A stretch of DNA of 64,000 nucleotides, taken from NCBI GenBank assembly GCA_951406725.2, contig OX597820.1, forward strand, positions 20,026,001 through 20,090,000. The letters run 5' to 3'. This document shows, in pieces, positions 56,375 through 63,658 of this stretch. Made by a program: the position numbers and the translations under genes. This DNA is from Octopus vulgaris. Its lineage: Eukaryota. Within the stretch, counting starts at the first letter, position 1, and each line of letters begins with the position of its first letter. The notes under the pieces were generated by a model. It had not been told where the DNA came from, ran no database searches, and was given only the letters and a program-made list of their open reading frames with translations.

Positions 56375-57564
56375 ATACACAATGGAAGTGGGATGGCGAA
56401 CATTCAATGCTGAAAAGAAAAATCAAGCAGCGTTTCAACTCTGTGTCAGTATATGTGTGTATGTGTGTGTGTGTACAAGGGAAGTATGTGAATGTATGTG
56501 TGAACCAGCGTTCTTTCAGTAACAAAAGATGATCGATATCACATCTCAAAAGACAACCACCAGATAACATTGACAAGTGTATTTGATTTACCATCCATAT
56601 TTACATATAAAATACTACAATTAGCCATCATTTTTGATGGCATGGTGCCAGCTAGTTTTTATAATATTGCTTTCATCCTTTCGGGATCGATAAATTAAGT
56701 ACCAGTAAAATACTGAGGTTGATGTAATTGACTTAATCCTCTCCCCCAAGCTGCCCTTGTGGCAAAAATTTGAAATCATTATTATTATTATTATTACTAA
56801 TATCAAATGCTACTTAGCTGGTGTTTTCCTTCAATGACCAAATATGTTTTGCCAAGGCTGTGGTATTGCATCTCCCACGGATGTTAAAGTAGGTTTTATG
56901 GCTGTTAAGCACCATGGATTATAATATCAAGTGGATAATCTTGGGGTTATGCAAGTCTTATTTTAACAGTAGCAAAGGTGTAGACTGTGTCTAACCAAAA
57001 AAGGGCTATCTCTCTTTTACCCAGACACCTATACATAAACTTCAGGAGTGAAATTTTCCACTCATGCCCACATATGAGAAAATATGTGAGCTCCATCATA
57101 ATTATAAATGCTAGGACCTCGACCATATGTCCTTCCACCATACACACATATAGACACATACACATATGAACTCACATCAGGTGTTTAATGTTTGGGTATG
57201 TGCTCAATCCTCCCCTTTCAAAAGAAATCCTACACACATCACCCTCTAAAACCATCTATTACACTCACAAACCCGATATACCACTTGCTCACACTTGCTC
57301 AACTCCACTAACAGAGAACACTCACCACTTTGTCCATCCCAACGTACTCTGATGAGCACCATTATTAGATAAGTATCTGATTACCTAATATCCTGTACAA
57401 AAATGACTGCTAACATCGGCTGCAATGGATCTACAATACTGTATACTCTGATTAATACACTCACCCATTTGACAAATATACATATAACTACTTTTCCTGA
57501 CTTATGGATTCTTTGGCAAAATATATACCTGCCAGTGTGTGTGTGTATGTGTGTATGTGTGTAT

Positions 57565-57609
<45 letters not shown>

Positions 57610-60600
57610 TGTTTGTCTCTCACCACATGATTAACAGAAACGTTAGGCACGTCGGGCGAAATGCTTAAGCGGTATTACGTCTGCCGTTACGTTCTGAGTT
57701 CAAATTCCGCCAAGGTCGACTTTACCTTTCATCCTTTCGGGGTCGATAAATTAAGTACCAGTTACGCACTGGGGTCGATGTAATCGACTTAATACCTATG
57801 TCTGTCCTTGTTTGTCCCCTCTATGTTTAGCCCCTTGTGGGTAATAAAGAAATAGGTATCAGTTTGTTTACATGTAACTTAGCAGTCGAGCATAAAGAGA
57901 CTGACAGAATTAGCTTAGTAGAGCAGCTACCACACTGCGATCTATTGAGTCTCTTTTCGCAAACAACAAGATCCTTTATCAACTTATAAGGCGGCGAGCT
58001 GGCAGAAACGTTAGCACGCCAGGTGGAATGCCTAGCTGTATTTCGTTTGTCACTACGTTCTGAGTTCAAATTCTGCCGAGGTCGACTTTGCCTTTCATCC
58101 TTTCGGGGTCGATTAAATAAGTACCAGTTATGCACTGGGGTCGATATAATCGACTTAATACCTGTGTCTATCCTTGTTTGTCCCCTCTGTGTGTAGCCCC
58201 TTGTGGGCAGTAAAGAAATAAGAATTAGCACTAAGCCCAAGCAAGGCTGCTGTCCAATGACTGAAATATGTAAGAGAATTAAAAAATAGTGAGGAATTTT
58301 CAATACCTGATATTCTGTATGAGATTGTATGGGTGCCTGTCCATAAAGCCACTTGTTACCTTGATCCCTGCTGAGTTCCCAAATAGTTACATTACTACCA
58401 GTTTCAAATTTAGTCAAAATTTTCAGAATACCAATTCCATTACCGTTCATGCTGTACCAGAAAGTAAAGCAGCGTCTTTCAGTATGGAGAGCAGGAAACA
58501 TTTGACTAATATAACGGCTTTTGTCTTCTTGCTTCAAATATGTTGCGTCAATGAAAAGATAAAATCCTGCAATGGAAGGAAAAATTGCTTTACATCATCA
58601 TCATCATCACCACAACCATCATCATCATCACTATCACCACCATCATGAACATCATCACCATCACCACCACCATCACCATCATTATCATCGTTGTTATCAT
58701 CATCATCATTGTTGTCGTCATCATCGTGATAATTATTGTCATCATCATCATCATCATCATCACCAAACATCATCATCATCATCACCACCACCATCACCAC
58801 CACCATCACCATCATTATCATCATTGTGATAATTATCATCGTCATGATCATCATTATCATCATCATCATCATCATCATTATCATCAAACATCATCATCAT
58901 TATCACCACCATCAACATCATCACCATCACCACCATCATCATCATCATCATCATCATTATCATCATTGTTGTCGTCATCATCATTGTGATAATTATCTTT
59001 GTCATCATCATCATCATCACTCCATCACCATCATCACCAACACCACCATCACCATCATCATCATTGACGTCATCATAATCATTATCATCATCACCACCAT
59101 CATCATCATCATCATCATTATCATCATTGTTGTCGTTATCATCATTGTGATAATTATCTTTGTCATCATCATCATCATCATCACTCCATCACCATCATCA
59201 CCAACACCACCATCACCATCATCATCATTGACATCATCATAATCATTATCATCATCATGACCGTGATCATCTTCATCATTTTAACTATCCCATGCTTTCA
59301 TGTGCTGGGTGGAACTGGTTGAGGCTGATATTTAGGTGGCCAGATGCTCTTCCTGTTGCACGAAGAAGAAGAAGAAGAAGAAGAAGAAGAAGAAGAAGAA
59401 GAAGAAGAAGAAGAAGAAGAAGAAGAAGAAGAAGAAGAAGAAGAGGAGGCGGAGGAGGAGGAGGGAGGAAGAAGAAGAAGAAGAAGAGGAGGAGGAGGAG
59501 GAGGAGGAGGAAGAAGGAAAAGTGGAGGAGGAGGAGGAGGAGGAAGAAGAAGAAGAAGAAGAAGAAGAAGAAGAGGAGGAGGAGGAGGAGGAGGAAAAAG
59601 GAAAAGTGGAGGAGGAGGAGGAGGAGGAGGAGGAAGAAGAAGAAGAAGAAGAAGAGGAGGAGGAGGAGGAGGAGGAGGAAGAAGGAAAAGTGGAGGAGGA
59701 GGAGGAGGAGGAAGAAGAAGAAGAAGAAGAAGAAGAAGAGGAGGAGGAGGAGGAGGAGGAAAAAGGAAAAGTGGAGGAGGAGGAGGAGGAGGAGGAAGAA
59801 GAAGAAGAAGAAGAAGAGGAGGAGGAGGAGGAGGAGGAGGAGGAAGGAGAAGAAGAAGAAGAAGAAGAGGAGGAGGAGGAGGAGGAAGGAAAAGAGGAGG
59901 AGGAGGAGGAGGAGGAAGAAGAAGAAGAAGAAGAAGAAGAAGAAGAAGAAGAAGAAGCAGTAGCAGCAGTAGCATCATCATCAACACCTGTGCTCTAGGA
60001 ATCACTGTATGGCTTGTTTGGCTTCATACCTTTGCTTGATGGGATTGAAGTTAACCCAAGTTAGTGGTCCCAGAGATGTCATCATGTGTAGAGCCAACCA
60101 GGTCTACAAGTGCTCTCCATCACTGGGGGTCCTGTGCCTGAAGTTAACCCAAGTTAGTGGTCCCAGAGATGTCATCATGTGTAGAGCCAACCAGGTCTAC
60201 AAGTGCTCTCCATCACTGGGGGTCCTGTGCCTGAAGTTAACCCAAGTTAGTGGTCCCAGAGATGTCATCATGTGTAGAGCCAACCAGGTCTACAAGTGCT
60301 CTCCATCATTGGGGGTCCTGTGCCTGAAGTTAACCCAAGTTAGTGGTCCCAGAGATGTCATCATGTGTAGAGCCAACCAGGTCTACAAGTGCTCTCCATC
60401 ACTGGGGGTCCTGTGCCAGCCCCTCTACATCCTCCAAGGTGACATCGAGCCTCAGGAAATCTTCCCCACTCACATCCAACCATCTGGTGTGGGCCCTACC
60501 TGCAGCTGTTGCGCTGAATGAGAGTAAAGCCCTGGTAGGATGGTCTGGCAAAGAGGATCAATGGCTTTGATAGCAGAGCCTTAAGGACCACCAAGAACAT

Positions 60601-61768
60601 CAGTTGGAACGTTTCCAAAAAAGAACTGCATGCATGCAATCATCAACAAACATGGGAGATGTCATTTCACATTTATCGACAACCTGAAGGAAAAACGGAA
60701 GACACAGGATCGGATTCTGTCCCCAAACTGGCGATGATGGATTGAGATGTTTGGTGAAATGGCTTTGTCTTCAAGGAGGGAGCCAGGCCACAGTAAGTAC
60801 TTTATTTCTCAATAAATGTTTGGCTTTGTTCTTAAGCAATTATAAAGTTGTTGAAATTAATGTAGGAAATGTTGGAAATCAGAGAAGTTGGGGCCTTTAA
60901 GTGTTTTCCTTTGATTAATGCCAATTAGCAGCTTCTCGTGTCTATTTATTTATCCGCTCAGTCGAAGTCGACTCTCGGTTACTCGATGGATCAGTGTCCT
61001 CCAGCCAGTTCTATCCTGGGCCGCTTCTTTCAAATTGGCTATGTCCATTCCTATGTCACTCTTGGTGGTGTCAAGCCAGCGGGTTCTTGGTCAGCCTCTT
61101 CCTCTCTTGCCACTGACCATTCTGAGCATGATGTCCTTCTCCAGGGATTTTCTCCACATAATATGACCAAAATATGCCAATCTATGCTTGGTGATCCTAG
61201 CTTCTAGCGACAATTTCGGCTTGATCTGGTTAAGAACTTCTCTATTGGTGAGACTCACTGTCCATGGAATCCGTAGAAGTCTTCTCCAACACCAAAGCTT
61301 GAATGCATTAATTCTCTTCTGGTCAGCTTTCTTTAGTGTCCAGGTCTCGCATCCATATGTTGCTATTGGGAAGACGATTGCATTCACCAATCTGCATTTG
61401 GTAGCGAGTCTGATGTCTCTACTCTTCCAGACCTTGCTCATGCTGACCAATATTTGGTGACATTTTAAAGCTTTTTACATTTACATTCATACAATTAACA
61501 ATATTCTAAAACAAAGAATTAAATATTCTTTCCACAAACTGAAGGTGGCGATGATGGGTTGAGATACTTCATCTCTTTTACTCTTTTAACTGTTTCAGTC
61601 ATTTGACTGTGGCCATGCTGGAGCACCACCTTTAGTTGAGCAAATCAACCGGAGGACTTATTCTTTGTAAGCCTAGTACTTATTCTATCAGGACTCTTTT
61701 GCTGAACCGCTAAGTTACGGGGACGTAAACACACCAGCATCAGTTGTCAAGCGATGTTGGGGGGACAA

Positions 61769-61801
<33 letters not shown>

Positions 61802-62646
61802 TGCACACACACACACGCACACACACACATGCACACGCACACGCACACGCACGCACACATACATATACATATATATACGACGGGCTTCCTTTTAGTTTCT
61901 GTCTACCAAATCCACTCACAAGGCTTTAGTTGGCCCAAGGCTATAGTAGAAGACACTTGCCCAAGGTGCCACACAGTGGGACTGAACCTGGAACCATGTG
62001 GTTTGTAAGCAAGCTACTTTCCACACAGCCACTCCTGCACCTACTTGGTGAAATATCTTTGTCTTCAAGGACTGGGTGGGAATCCAACCAAAATAAAGAA
62101 AAATATTTAAAATTGTTTATAAGTGTTGCTTTTTTTTAACCATAAAATGGAGAATTAATAAAAAATATAAATGTGCCCTTTTAAAACCTAGCCAGGCTCA
62201 CGGGCCTGGTTTCCCGGTTTCCCGGTTTCTATGACGTATGTGTTCCCCAGCTGGACGGGACGCCAGTCCATCACAGCGTTACTCATTTTTGCCAGCTGAG
62301 TGGACTGAAGCAATGTGAAATGAAGTGTTTTGCTCAAGAACACAACGCGTTGCCCAGTCCAGGAATCGAAACCACACTCTTACAATCAGGATACTGACAC
62401 CCTAACCACTAAGTCACGTGCCTCCACAAAATAAATGAAGAATTACTTTATAAATTTTCATTTTTATTTGAATCTCAAATATAAAGATCTTAAAGAAAAC
62501 TCACTTACCTTTTGAATTCTGAAATGTGTGATCATTTACGGGTCCAGTATTTGAAGTTGCGGTAGATCCTGATCCCACCAACCAATTATATCTATTGTGA
62601 GCCATATTTGTCCACGTACAACGACCATGGTCAAAGTCACAGTCAC
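3452..62646 (-). CDS. Spliced multi-exon gene (26 exons in window, partial at both ends) encoding a poly-MAM-domain extracellular protein, MAM and LDL-receptor class A domain-containing (MALRD)-like
   Basis: Manually traced exons with AG acceptors and GT (one GC) donors join in one open frame of 4314 nt. MAM signatures recur 8 full times plus a partial 9th: CxFE/D..CxW, DFDW, GPxxDH, GxYxYIE, LxSP, CxxFWY, W..G.QG..W, GDIAIDD..C. No start or stop codon in the window. Family name is from recalled motifs, not a search. Confidence 0.92.
4150..4342 (-). mobile_element. tRNA-headed SINE (family with ggaggcrcaatggcc head); related copies at about 8852-9005(-), 14967-15265(+), 18495-18805(+), 22028-22190(+), 62180-62428(-)
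   Basis: A-box tggcccagtggttag and B-box ggtttcgattcc; shared body among dispersed copies; boundaries approximate. Confidence 0.75.
4345..4655. repeat. Degenerate (CAT/TGT/CGT)n trinucleotide tract
   Basis: Direct reading. Confidence 0.9.
4675..5098 (+). mobile_element. SINE-like element with (GAT)n tail and internal gtggcacrtaaaaagcacc modules; copies at about 9035-9247(+), 17283-17690(+), 22575-23130(-), 29105-30350(-), 33240-33593(+), 45505-46047(+), 52700-53200(-), 53855-54410(-)
   Basis: Shared 3' part cactacactc.gagtggttggcgttaggaagggcatccagctgtagaaac...ccaacccatgctagcatgg...taaacgatgatgat in all copies; boundaries approximate. Confidence 0.8.
5414..5498. repeat. AT-rich inverted repeat (28-bp perfect arms), probable MITE remnant
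   Basis: cttatttttattttcctaaaattttcgt (5414-5441) versus acgaaaattttaggaaaataaaaataag (5471-5498). Confidence 0.8.
5682..6026 (-). CDS. Exon 25, MAM-8 core and C-terminal part (uninterrupted)
   Basis: (S)NGNFALFRY...VKLLSPPI...[11 protein letters not shown]...[12 protein letters not shown]...[16 protein letters not shown]; cag/gtaagt; phase 1-1, 345 nt. Confidence 0.92.
6281..6894 (+). mobile_element. Unclassified ~610-bp interspersed repeat embedded in (AAT)n; second copy about 51376-51785(+), partial copy about 32815-32985(-)
   Basis: High identity between copies (aaccagttgagcatgtccctt...gatggcatgcactgctctctcactc followed by (aat)n). Confidence 0.8.
7188..7235 (+). ncRNA. Candidate minimal type-I hammerhead ribozyme (core CCGAUGA variant)
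   Basis: gtct|ccgatga|a gggatat-aataa-atatcct g|gaaa|cagctg|ta|agac: stem I gtct/agac, stem II, palindromic stem III ACAGCUGU, GUA site. Decayed copy at about 42066-42118. Confidence 0.55.
9665..9796 (-). CDS. Exon 24, MAM-8 N-terminal part
   Basis: (G)[43 protein letters not shown]; tag/gtaagt; phase 1-1, 132 nt. Confidence 0.9.
9982..10375 (+). mobile_element. Abundant tRNA-headed SINE with CORE-like segment and internal (TA)n(TG)n; about 18 further copies or fragments, e.g. 13235-13630(-), 30510-30945(+), 36005-36440(+), 37145-37845(+), 40083-40410(+), 41117-41590(+), 42195-42595(-), 42755-43150(+), 50010-50340(-), 52175-52545(+), 61575-62040(-)
   Basis: Head ggagtggctgtgtggtaag...gggttcagtccc, accttgggcaagtgtctt (resembles CORE-SINE core), tail (agtaaaag)n; many near-identical dispersed copies. 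Confidence 0.85.
10484..10579 (-). CDS. Exon 23, Pro/Thr/Ser-rich linker with GC donor
   Basis: (V)[31 protein letters not shown]; tttttcag acceptor, CAG|GCAAGT donor; phase 1-1, 96 nt. Confidence 0.75.
11180..11435. mobile_element. hAT-like MITE remnant; related fragments about 43489-44200
   Basis: Termini cagtggttct / ggaaccactg; no clear target-site duplication (TSD). Confidence 0.5.
11672..11855 (-). CDS. Exon 22, MAM-7 C-terminal part
   Basis: [26 protein letters not shown]...[16 protein letters not shown]; cag/gtcagt; phase 0-1, 184 nt. Confidence 0.9.
12276..12495. mobile_element. piggyBac-type MITE
   Basis: TTAA flanks (12272-75, 12496-99), termini ccctttcgtta / caatgaaagtg; inverted homologue at 25054-25274. 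Confidence 0.8.
12615..12772 (-). CDS. Exon 21, MAM-7 core
   Basis: (S)[52 protein letters not shown]; tag/gtaatt; phase 1-0, 158 nt. Confidence 0.88.
14198..14615 (-). mobile_element. Two tandem copies of a SINE family (ggcggcgagctggcagaaacgttagc...taaagaaata); other copies 21730-21960(-), 26560-26757(+), 43250-43460(+), 57635-57855(+), 57990-58220(+)
   Basis: B-box gagttcaaattcc and conserved gactttgcctttcatcctttcggggtcgataaattaagtaccag domain. Confidence 0.8.
15378..15518 (-). CDS. Exon 20, MAM-7 N-terminal part
   Basis: (G)[46 protein letters not shown]; cag/gtaagt; phase 1-1, 141 nt. Confidence 0.9.
15740..16185. repeat. AT-rich minisatellite, 48-bp unit (23+25 bp subunits), about 9 copies
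   Basis: aaaatagtgttaaaataatgtta + aaaatagtgttaaaataaagtatta. Confidence 0.92.
18068..18149 (-). CDS. Exon 19, MAM-6 C-terminal part
   Basis: [27 protein letters not shown]; cag/gtaagt; phase 0-1, 82 nt. Confidence 0.9.
19353..20075. mobile_element. Foldback / long inverted-repeat non-autonomous element with central telomere-like (TTAGGG)n
   Basis: Arms 19353-19639 and 19793-20075 are reverse complements with scattered mismatches; spacer is mostly ttaggg/ttttaggg repeats. Confidence 0.85.
19662..19793 (+). repeat. Interstitial telomeric-type repeat (TTAGGG with TTTTAGGG and TGTTAGGG variants)
   Basis: Direct reading, about 130 bp. Confidence 0.93.
20256..20518 (-). CDS. Exon 18, MAM-6 core
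   Basis: (G)[23 protein letters not shown]...[19 protein letters not shown]...[26 protein letters not shown]; cag/gtgagt; phase 1-0, 263 nt. Confidence 0.92.
21412..21459 (+). ncRNA. Candidate minimal type-I hammerhead ribozyme, U3-A8 variant
   Basis: tttactt|ttgacaa|t cttttt-cta-aaaaag t|gaaa|ccgg|tc|aagtgaa: 7-bp stem I, stem II, palindromic stem III ACCGGU, GUC site. Confidence 0.55.
22346..22492 (-). CDS. Exon 17, MAM-6 N-terminal part
   Basis: (E)[48 protein letters not shown]; cag/gtaagt; phase 1-1, 147 nt. Confidence 0.88.
22740..23125. repeat. Diverged 26-bp tandem array, reverse complement of the 1-3010 satellite, attached to a SINE-like body
   Basis: Unit accagtgctttttatgtggcaccatc. 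Confidence 0.85.
23715..23799 (-). CDS. Exon 16, MAM-5 C-terminal part
   Basis: [28 protein letters not shown]; cag/gttagt; phase 0-1, 85 nt. Confidence 0.9.
25054..25274. mobile_element. piggyBac-type MITE
   Basis: TTAA TSD (25050-53, 25275-78); terminal inverted repeats ccctttcgttac / gtaatgaaaggg. Confidence 0.88.
26479..26856. mobile_element. hAT-superfamily MITE with a nested SINE (26560-26757)
   Basis: Perfect 8-bp TSD ctttaaac (26471-78, 26857-64); terminal inverted repeats caggggtctccaaa / tttggggacccctg. Confidence 0.88.
27330..27592 (-). CDS. Exon 15, MAM-5 core
   Basis: (G)GYYMYVESS...ADLISPTF...[14 protein letters not shown]...[26 protein letters not shown]; tag/gtgagt; phase 1-0, 263 nt. 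Confidence 0.92.
29278..30245. repeat. 67-bp minisatellite, about 14 copies, inside a SINE-like element
   Basis: Unit ggatggtgctttttatgtgctaccggtacggaagccaggtaaggtggcactggcatcggccacgttt; period 67 measured (29346, 29413). Confidence 0.95.
31030..31164 (-). CDS. Exon 14, MAM-5 N-terminal part
   Basis: (I)[44 protein letters not shown]; tag/gttagt; phase 1-1, 135 nt. Confidence 0.9.
31600..31645 (-). ncRNA. Minimal type-I hammerhead ribozyme (stem III point-mutated), sense to the host pre-mRNA
   Basis: Minus strand gacac|ctgaaga|a ggctg-gagggtatat-cagcc|gaaa|ag|tt|gtgtt. Confidence 0.55.
32016..32061 (+). ncRNA. Minimal type-I hammerhead ribozyme
   Basis: gacac|ctgatga|a ggctg-gagggtatat-cagcc|gaaa|cg|tt|gtgtt: canonical CUGAUGA and GAAA core, stems I and II, palindromic stem III ACGU, predicted cut after 32056 (GUU). 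Confidence 0.7.
32358..32508 (-). CDS. Exon 13, MAM-4 C-terminal part plus Pro/Thr linker
   Basis: [50 protein letters not shown]; cag/gtaatt; phase 0-1, 151 nt. Confidence 0.88.
33817..34188 (+). mobile_element. 5'-truncated LINE (RTE-like clade) 3' end
   Basis: Open frame [22 protein letters not shown]...[11 protein letters not shown]...AMMDREVWR..., (TGA)n tail, 8-bp TSD tgcataca (33809-16, 34189-96). Confidence 0.85.
35266..35540 (-). CDS. Exon 12, MAM-4 core
   Basis: (G)[10 protein letters not shown]...[11 protein letters not shown]...KCFEFYYY...[27 protein letters not shown]; tag/gtaagt; phase 1-0, 275 nt. Confidence 0.9.
35805..35888. repeat. Perfect 35-bp inverted repeat with 14-nt loop
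   Basis: ttctttcttctgttccctggcctcttcgatgtagc / gctacatcgaagaggccagggaacagaagaaagaa. Confidence 0.95.
37287..37508. repeat. (ATCT)n microsatellite inside a SINE
   Basis: Direct reading. Confidence 0.95.
37901..38035 (-). CDS. Exon 11, MAM-4 N-terminal part
   Basis: (D)[44 protein letters not shown]; cag/gtatgt; phase 1-1, 135 nt. Confidence 0.9.
38375..38525. mobile_element. Unclassified interspersed repeat; inverted homologue about 63810-63960
   Basis: aaaatgggacaagaacgcaaaacatctggac.actaggtgatacaaaaa.ggaca shared by both copies. Confidence 0.7.
38960..39121 (-). CDS. Exon 10, MAM-3 C-terminal part
   Basis: (E)[53 protein letters not shown]; cag/gttgga; phase 1-1, 162 nt. Confidence 0.88.
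39266..40075 (+). pseudogene. Degenerate mariner transposon (internally deleted transposase relic)
   Basis: [22 protein letters not shown]...[16 protein letters not shown] (N-terminal HTH) and ...[11 protein letters not shown] (mariner C-terminus); starts tacgagg; stops and frameshifts. Confidence 0.8.
40734..40940 (-). CDS. Exon 9, MAM-3 core
   Basis: (G)[24 protein letters not shown]...[17 protein letters not shown]...KVIWMKN; tag/gtaaga; phase 1-1, 207 nt. Confidence 0.9.
44349..44504 (-). CDS. Exon 8, MAM-3 N-terminal part (first Cys pair absent)
   Basis: (Q)[51 protein letters not shown]; cag/gtattg; phase 1-1, 156 nt. Confidence 0.85.
44720..45103 (+). mobile_element. Helitron-like non-autonomous element inserted in the (TA)n of a SINE; truncated inverted copy 55231-55458
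   Basis: 3' GC-rich hairpin cccgagcaac.ctggg followed by CTAG|T; no TSD; the two SINE halves flank it. Confidence 0.7.
47009..47902 (+). mobile_element. Tc1/mariner-superfamily transposon relic (probably maT/DD37D-like) nested in a SINE
   Basis: Terminal inverted repeats gggtgcataaggtatttgaggaca / tgtcctcaaatatcttacacaccc; residual frame [23 protein letters not shown]...[11 protein letters not shown]...[16 protein letters not shown]. Confidence 0.82.
48135..48222 (-). CDS. Exon 7, MAM-2 C-terminal part
   Basis: [29 protein letters not shown]; cag/gtaagt; phase 0-1, 88 nt. Confidence 0.9.
48372..48664. repeat. Old diverged inverted repeat (MITE-like)
   Basis: aattgtaaaaactgaaaatgcctgtggtctaaaatattgct versus agcaagattttaggcctcaagcattttcaatttctacaatt. 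Confidence 0.6.
48965..49221 (-). CDS. Exon 6, MAM-2 core
   Basis: (K)[24 protein letters not shown]...[13 protein letters not shown]...[22 protein letters not shown]; cag/gtaagt; phase 1-0, 257 nt. Confidence 0.92.
49260..49631. repeat. Degenerate (CAT/CAC/CGT)n tract
   Basis: Direct reading. Confidence 0.9.
50420..50560 (-). CDS. Exon 5, MAM-2 N-terminal part
   Basis: (E)[46 protein letters not shown]; cag/gtgagt; phase 1-1, 141 nt. Confidence 0.9.
50718..51375. repeat. Long (AAT/GAT/AAC)n microsatellite, about 660 bp
   Basis: Direct reading. Confidence 0.97.
53531..53741. repeat. Palindromic MITE-like hairpin, about 95-bp arms
   Basis: tttatttgtgcattaaggcta...aagctgatcacatggaggaatggtg versus caccattcctccattatgatcagctt...tagctttaatacacaaataaa. 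Confidence 0.8.
54433..54504 (-). CDS. Exon 4, Pro/Thr-rich linker
   Basis: (V)[23 protein letters not shown]; polypyrimidine tract plus tag, gtaagc donor; phase 1-1, 72 nt. Confidence 0.8.
55515..55920 (+). mobile_element. CR1/L2-group LINE 3' end
   Basis: [34 protein letters not shown] motif, then 3'UTR and (TTA)n tail. Confidence 0.8.
56005..56089 (-). CDS. Exon 3, MAM-1 C-terminal part
   Basis: [28 protein letters not shown]; cag/gtgagt; phase 0-1, 85 nt. Confidence 0.9.
58307..58566 (-). CDS. Exon 2, MAM-1 core
   Basis: (G)[23 protein letters not shown]...[11 protein letters not shown]...[25 protein letters not shown]; cag/gtattg; phase 1-0, 260 nt. Confidence 0.9.
58593..59279. repeat. 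Degenerate (CAT/CAC)n tract with internal ~160-bp duplication
   Basis: Direct reading; block cattgtgataattatctttgtcat...ccaacaccacc...cataatcattatc occurs twice. Confidence 0.92.
59362..59957. repeat. Homopurine (GAA)n(GAG)n compound tract with higher-order period
   Basis: About 600 bp almost purely A/G; ggaaaagtg punctuation roughly every 85-90 bp. Confidence 0.97.
59975..60612 (-). mobile_element. RTE-like LINE 3' end with fourfold tandem amplification of its last coding segment
   Basis: Minus strand ...[42 protein letters not shown]..., then (GAT)n tail at about 59975. Confidence 0.65.
60046..60417. repeat. 93-bp tandem repeat, 4 near-identical copies
   Basis: Unit starts at 60046, 60139, 60232 and 60325; one substitution seen. 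Confidence 0.96.
60941..61452 (-). mobile_element. RTE (BovB-like) LINE 3' fragment
   Basis: [38 protein letters not shown]...[12 protein letters not shown]...[29 protein letters not shown]...AQDRTGWR; (TAAA)n tail. Confidence 0.9.
62509..62646 (-). CDS. Exon 1 in window, MAM-1 N-terminal part
   Basis: (G)[45 protein letters not shown]; tag acceptor, gtaagt donor; phase 1-1, 138 nt. Confidence 0.9.
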
Positions 62647-62669
62647 CTATAATATAATATAAAGCACAC

Positions 62670-62670
<1 letters not shown>

Positions 62671-62701
<31 letters not shown>

Positions 62702-62951
62702 CCATCACCATCATCATCATCATTGTCATTATCACCACCACCATCATCATCATCCCCATCACAATCATAATCCTCCTCCTCTTCATCATCATCATCATCA
62801 TCATCGCCTTCATCATTTCTATCATCACCACCATCATCATCATCATCATCATCATCATCGCCTTCATCATTTCCATCATCACCACCACCATCATCATCAT
62901 CCTCATCATCATCATCATCATCATCATCGTCATCATCATCATCAGCATCAT

Positions 62952-62987
<36 letters not shown>

Positions 62988-63007
62988 GTCGTCATCGTCG
63001 TCATCAT
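62671..63007. repeat. (CAT/CAC)n tract just upstream of the exon 1 acceptor
   Basis: Direct reading. Confidence 0.93.
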
Positions 63008-63594
63008 ATTTCATCAGAAATTGGTATTGTAGTAATGTAGCAAAGTTACTAAAGCAAACACATTGAGGGGACCAGTCGGTTACATTCGGTCTTAATGCTC
63101 AACTGGTATTTATTATATTGACTGCAAAAGGATAGAATGCGTAAGTGACCTCTTGGGTGGAATTTGAACTCAGAATGCAAAGGCCGGTGATATGCCTCTA
63201 AATATTTTGATCTGAATACAAATGATTCTGCCAGCACACCAGCTTAGCAATAATTCTTTCTAATATAGGCACAAGGTCTGGAAAATGGGGAGCAAGGAAG
63301 CCTAGTTGATCCCTTTGATTCCAGGGCACATCATCATCAACATCCATTCTACAGCTCTCTCTCTTCTCTTCCCCTCCTTAATTCTTTTGTTCCTCTTTTT
63401 CGCTCTCTTCTCTTCTCATGTAACTGATAGGCCAGACTGCTAGCCCTCTCTTTGCGTCTGACCTTGGTCACTGCCACATCAATATTCTTCCCTGTGTTTG
63501 TGAAAGTTTTGTATCTCTGCTGTAAGGCTTCATTTCCACACACGCCAGCTGAATTCAATTCGTCCCAAGTCGAAAGACACCTGTTGTTATGTCC

Positions 63595-63658
<64 letters not shown>

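Noticed and set aside
57343-57405. ctgatga-gcac...gtac-aaaa hammerhead-like motif; similar weak case at 13676-13757(-)
   Set aside because: Missing GAAA and stem I closure in the first case and a poor core in the second; too degenerate to call.
59292-60039. Long poly-E/K/R/P ORFs of 220-235 aa
   Set aside because: Stop-free only because the DNA is (GAA/GAG)n; no splice or coding context.
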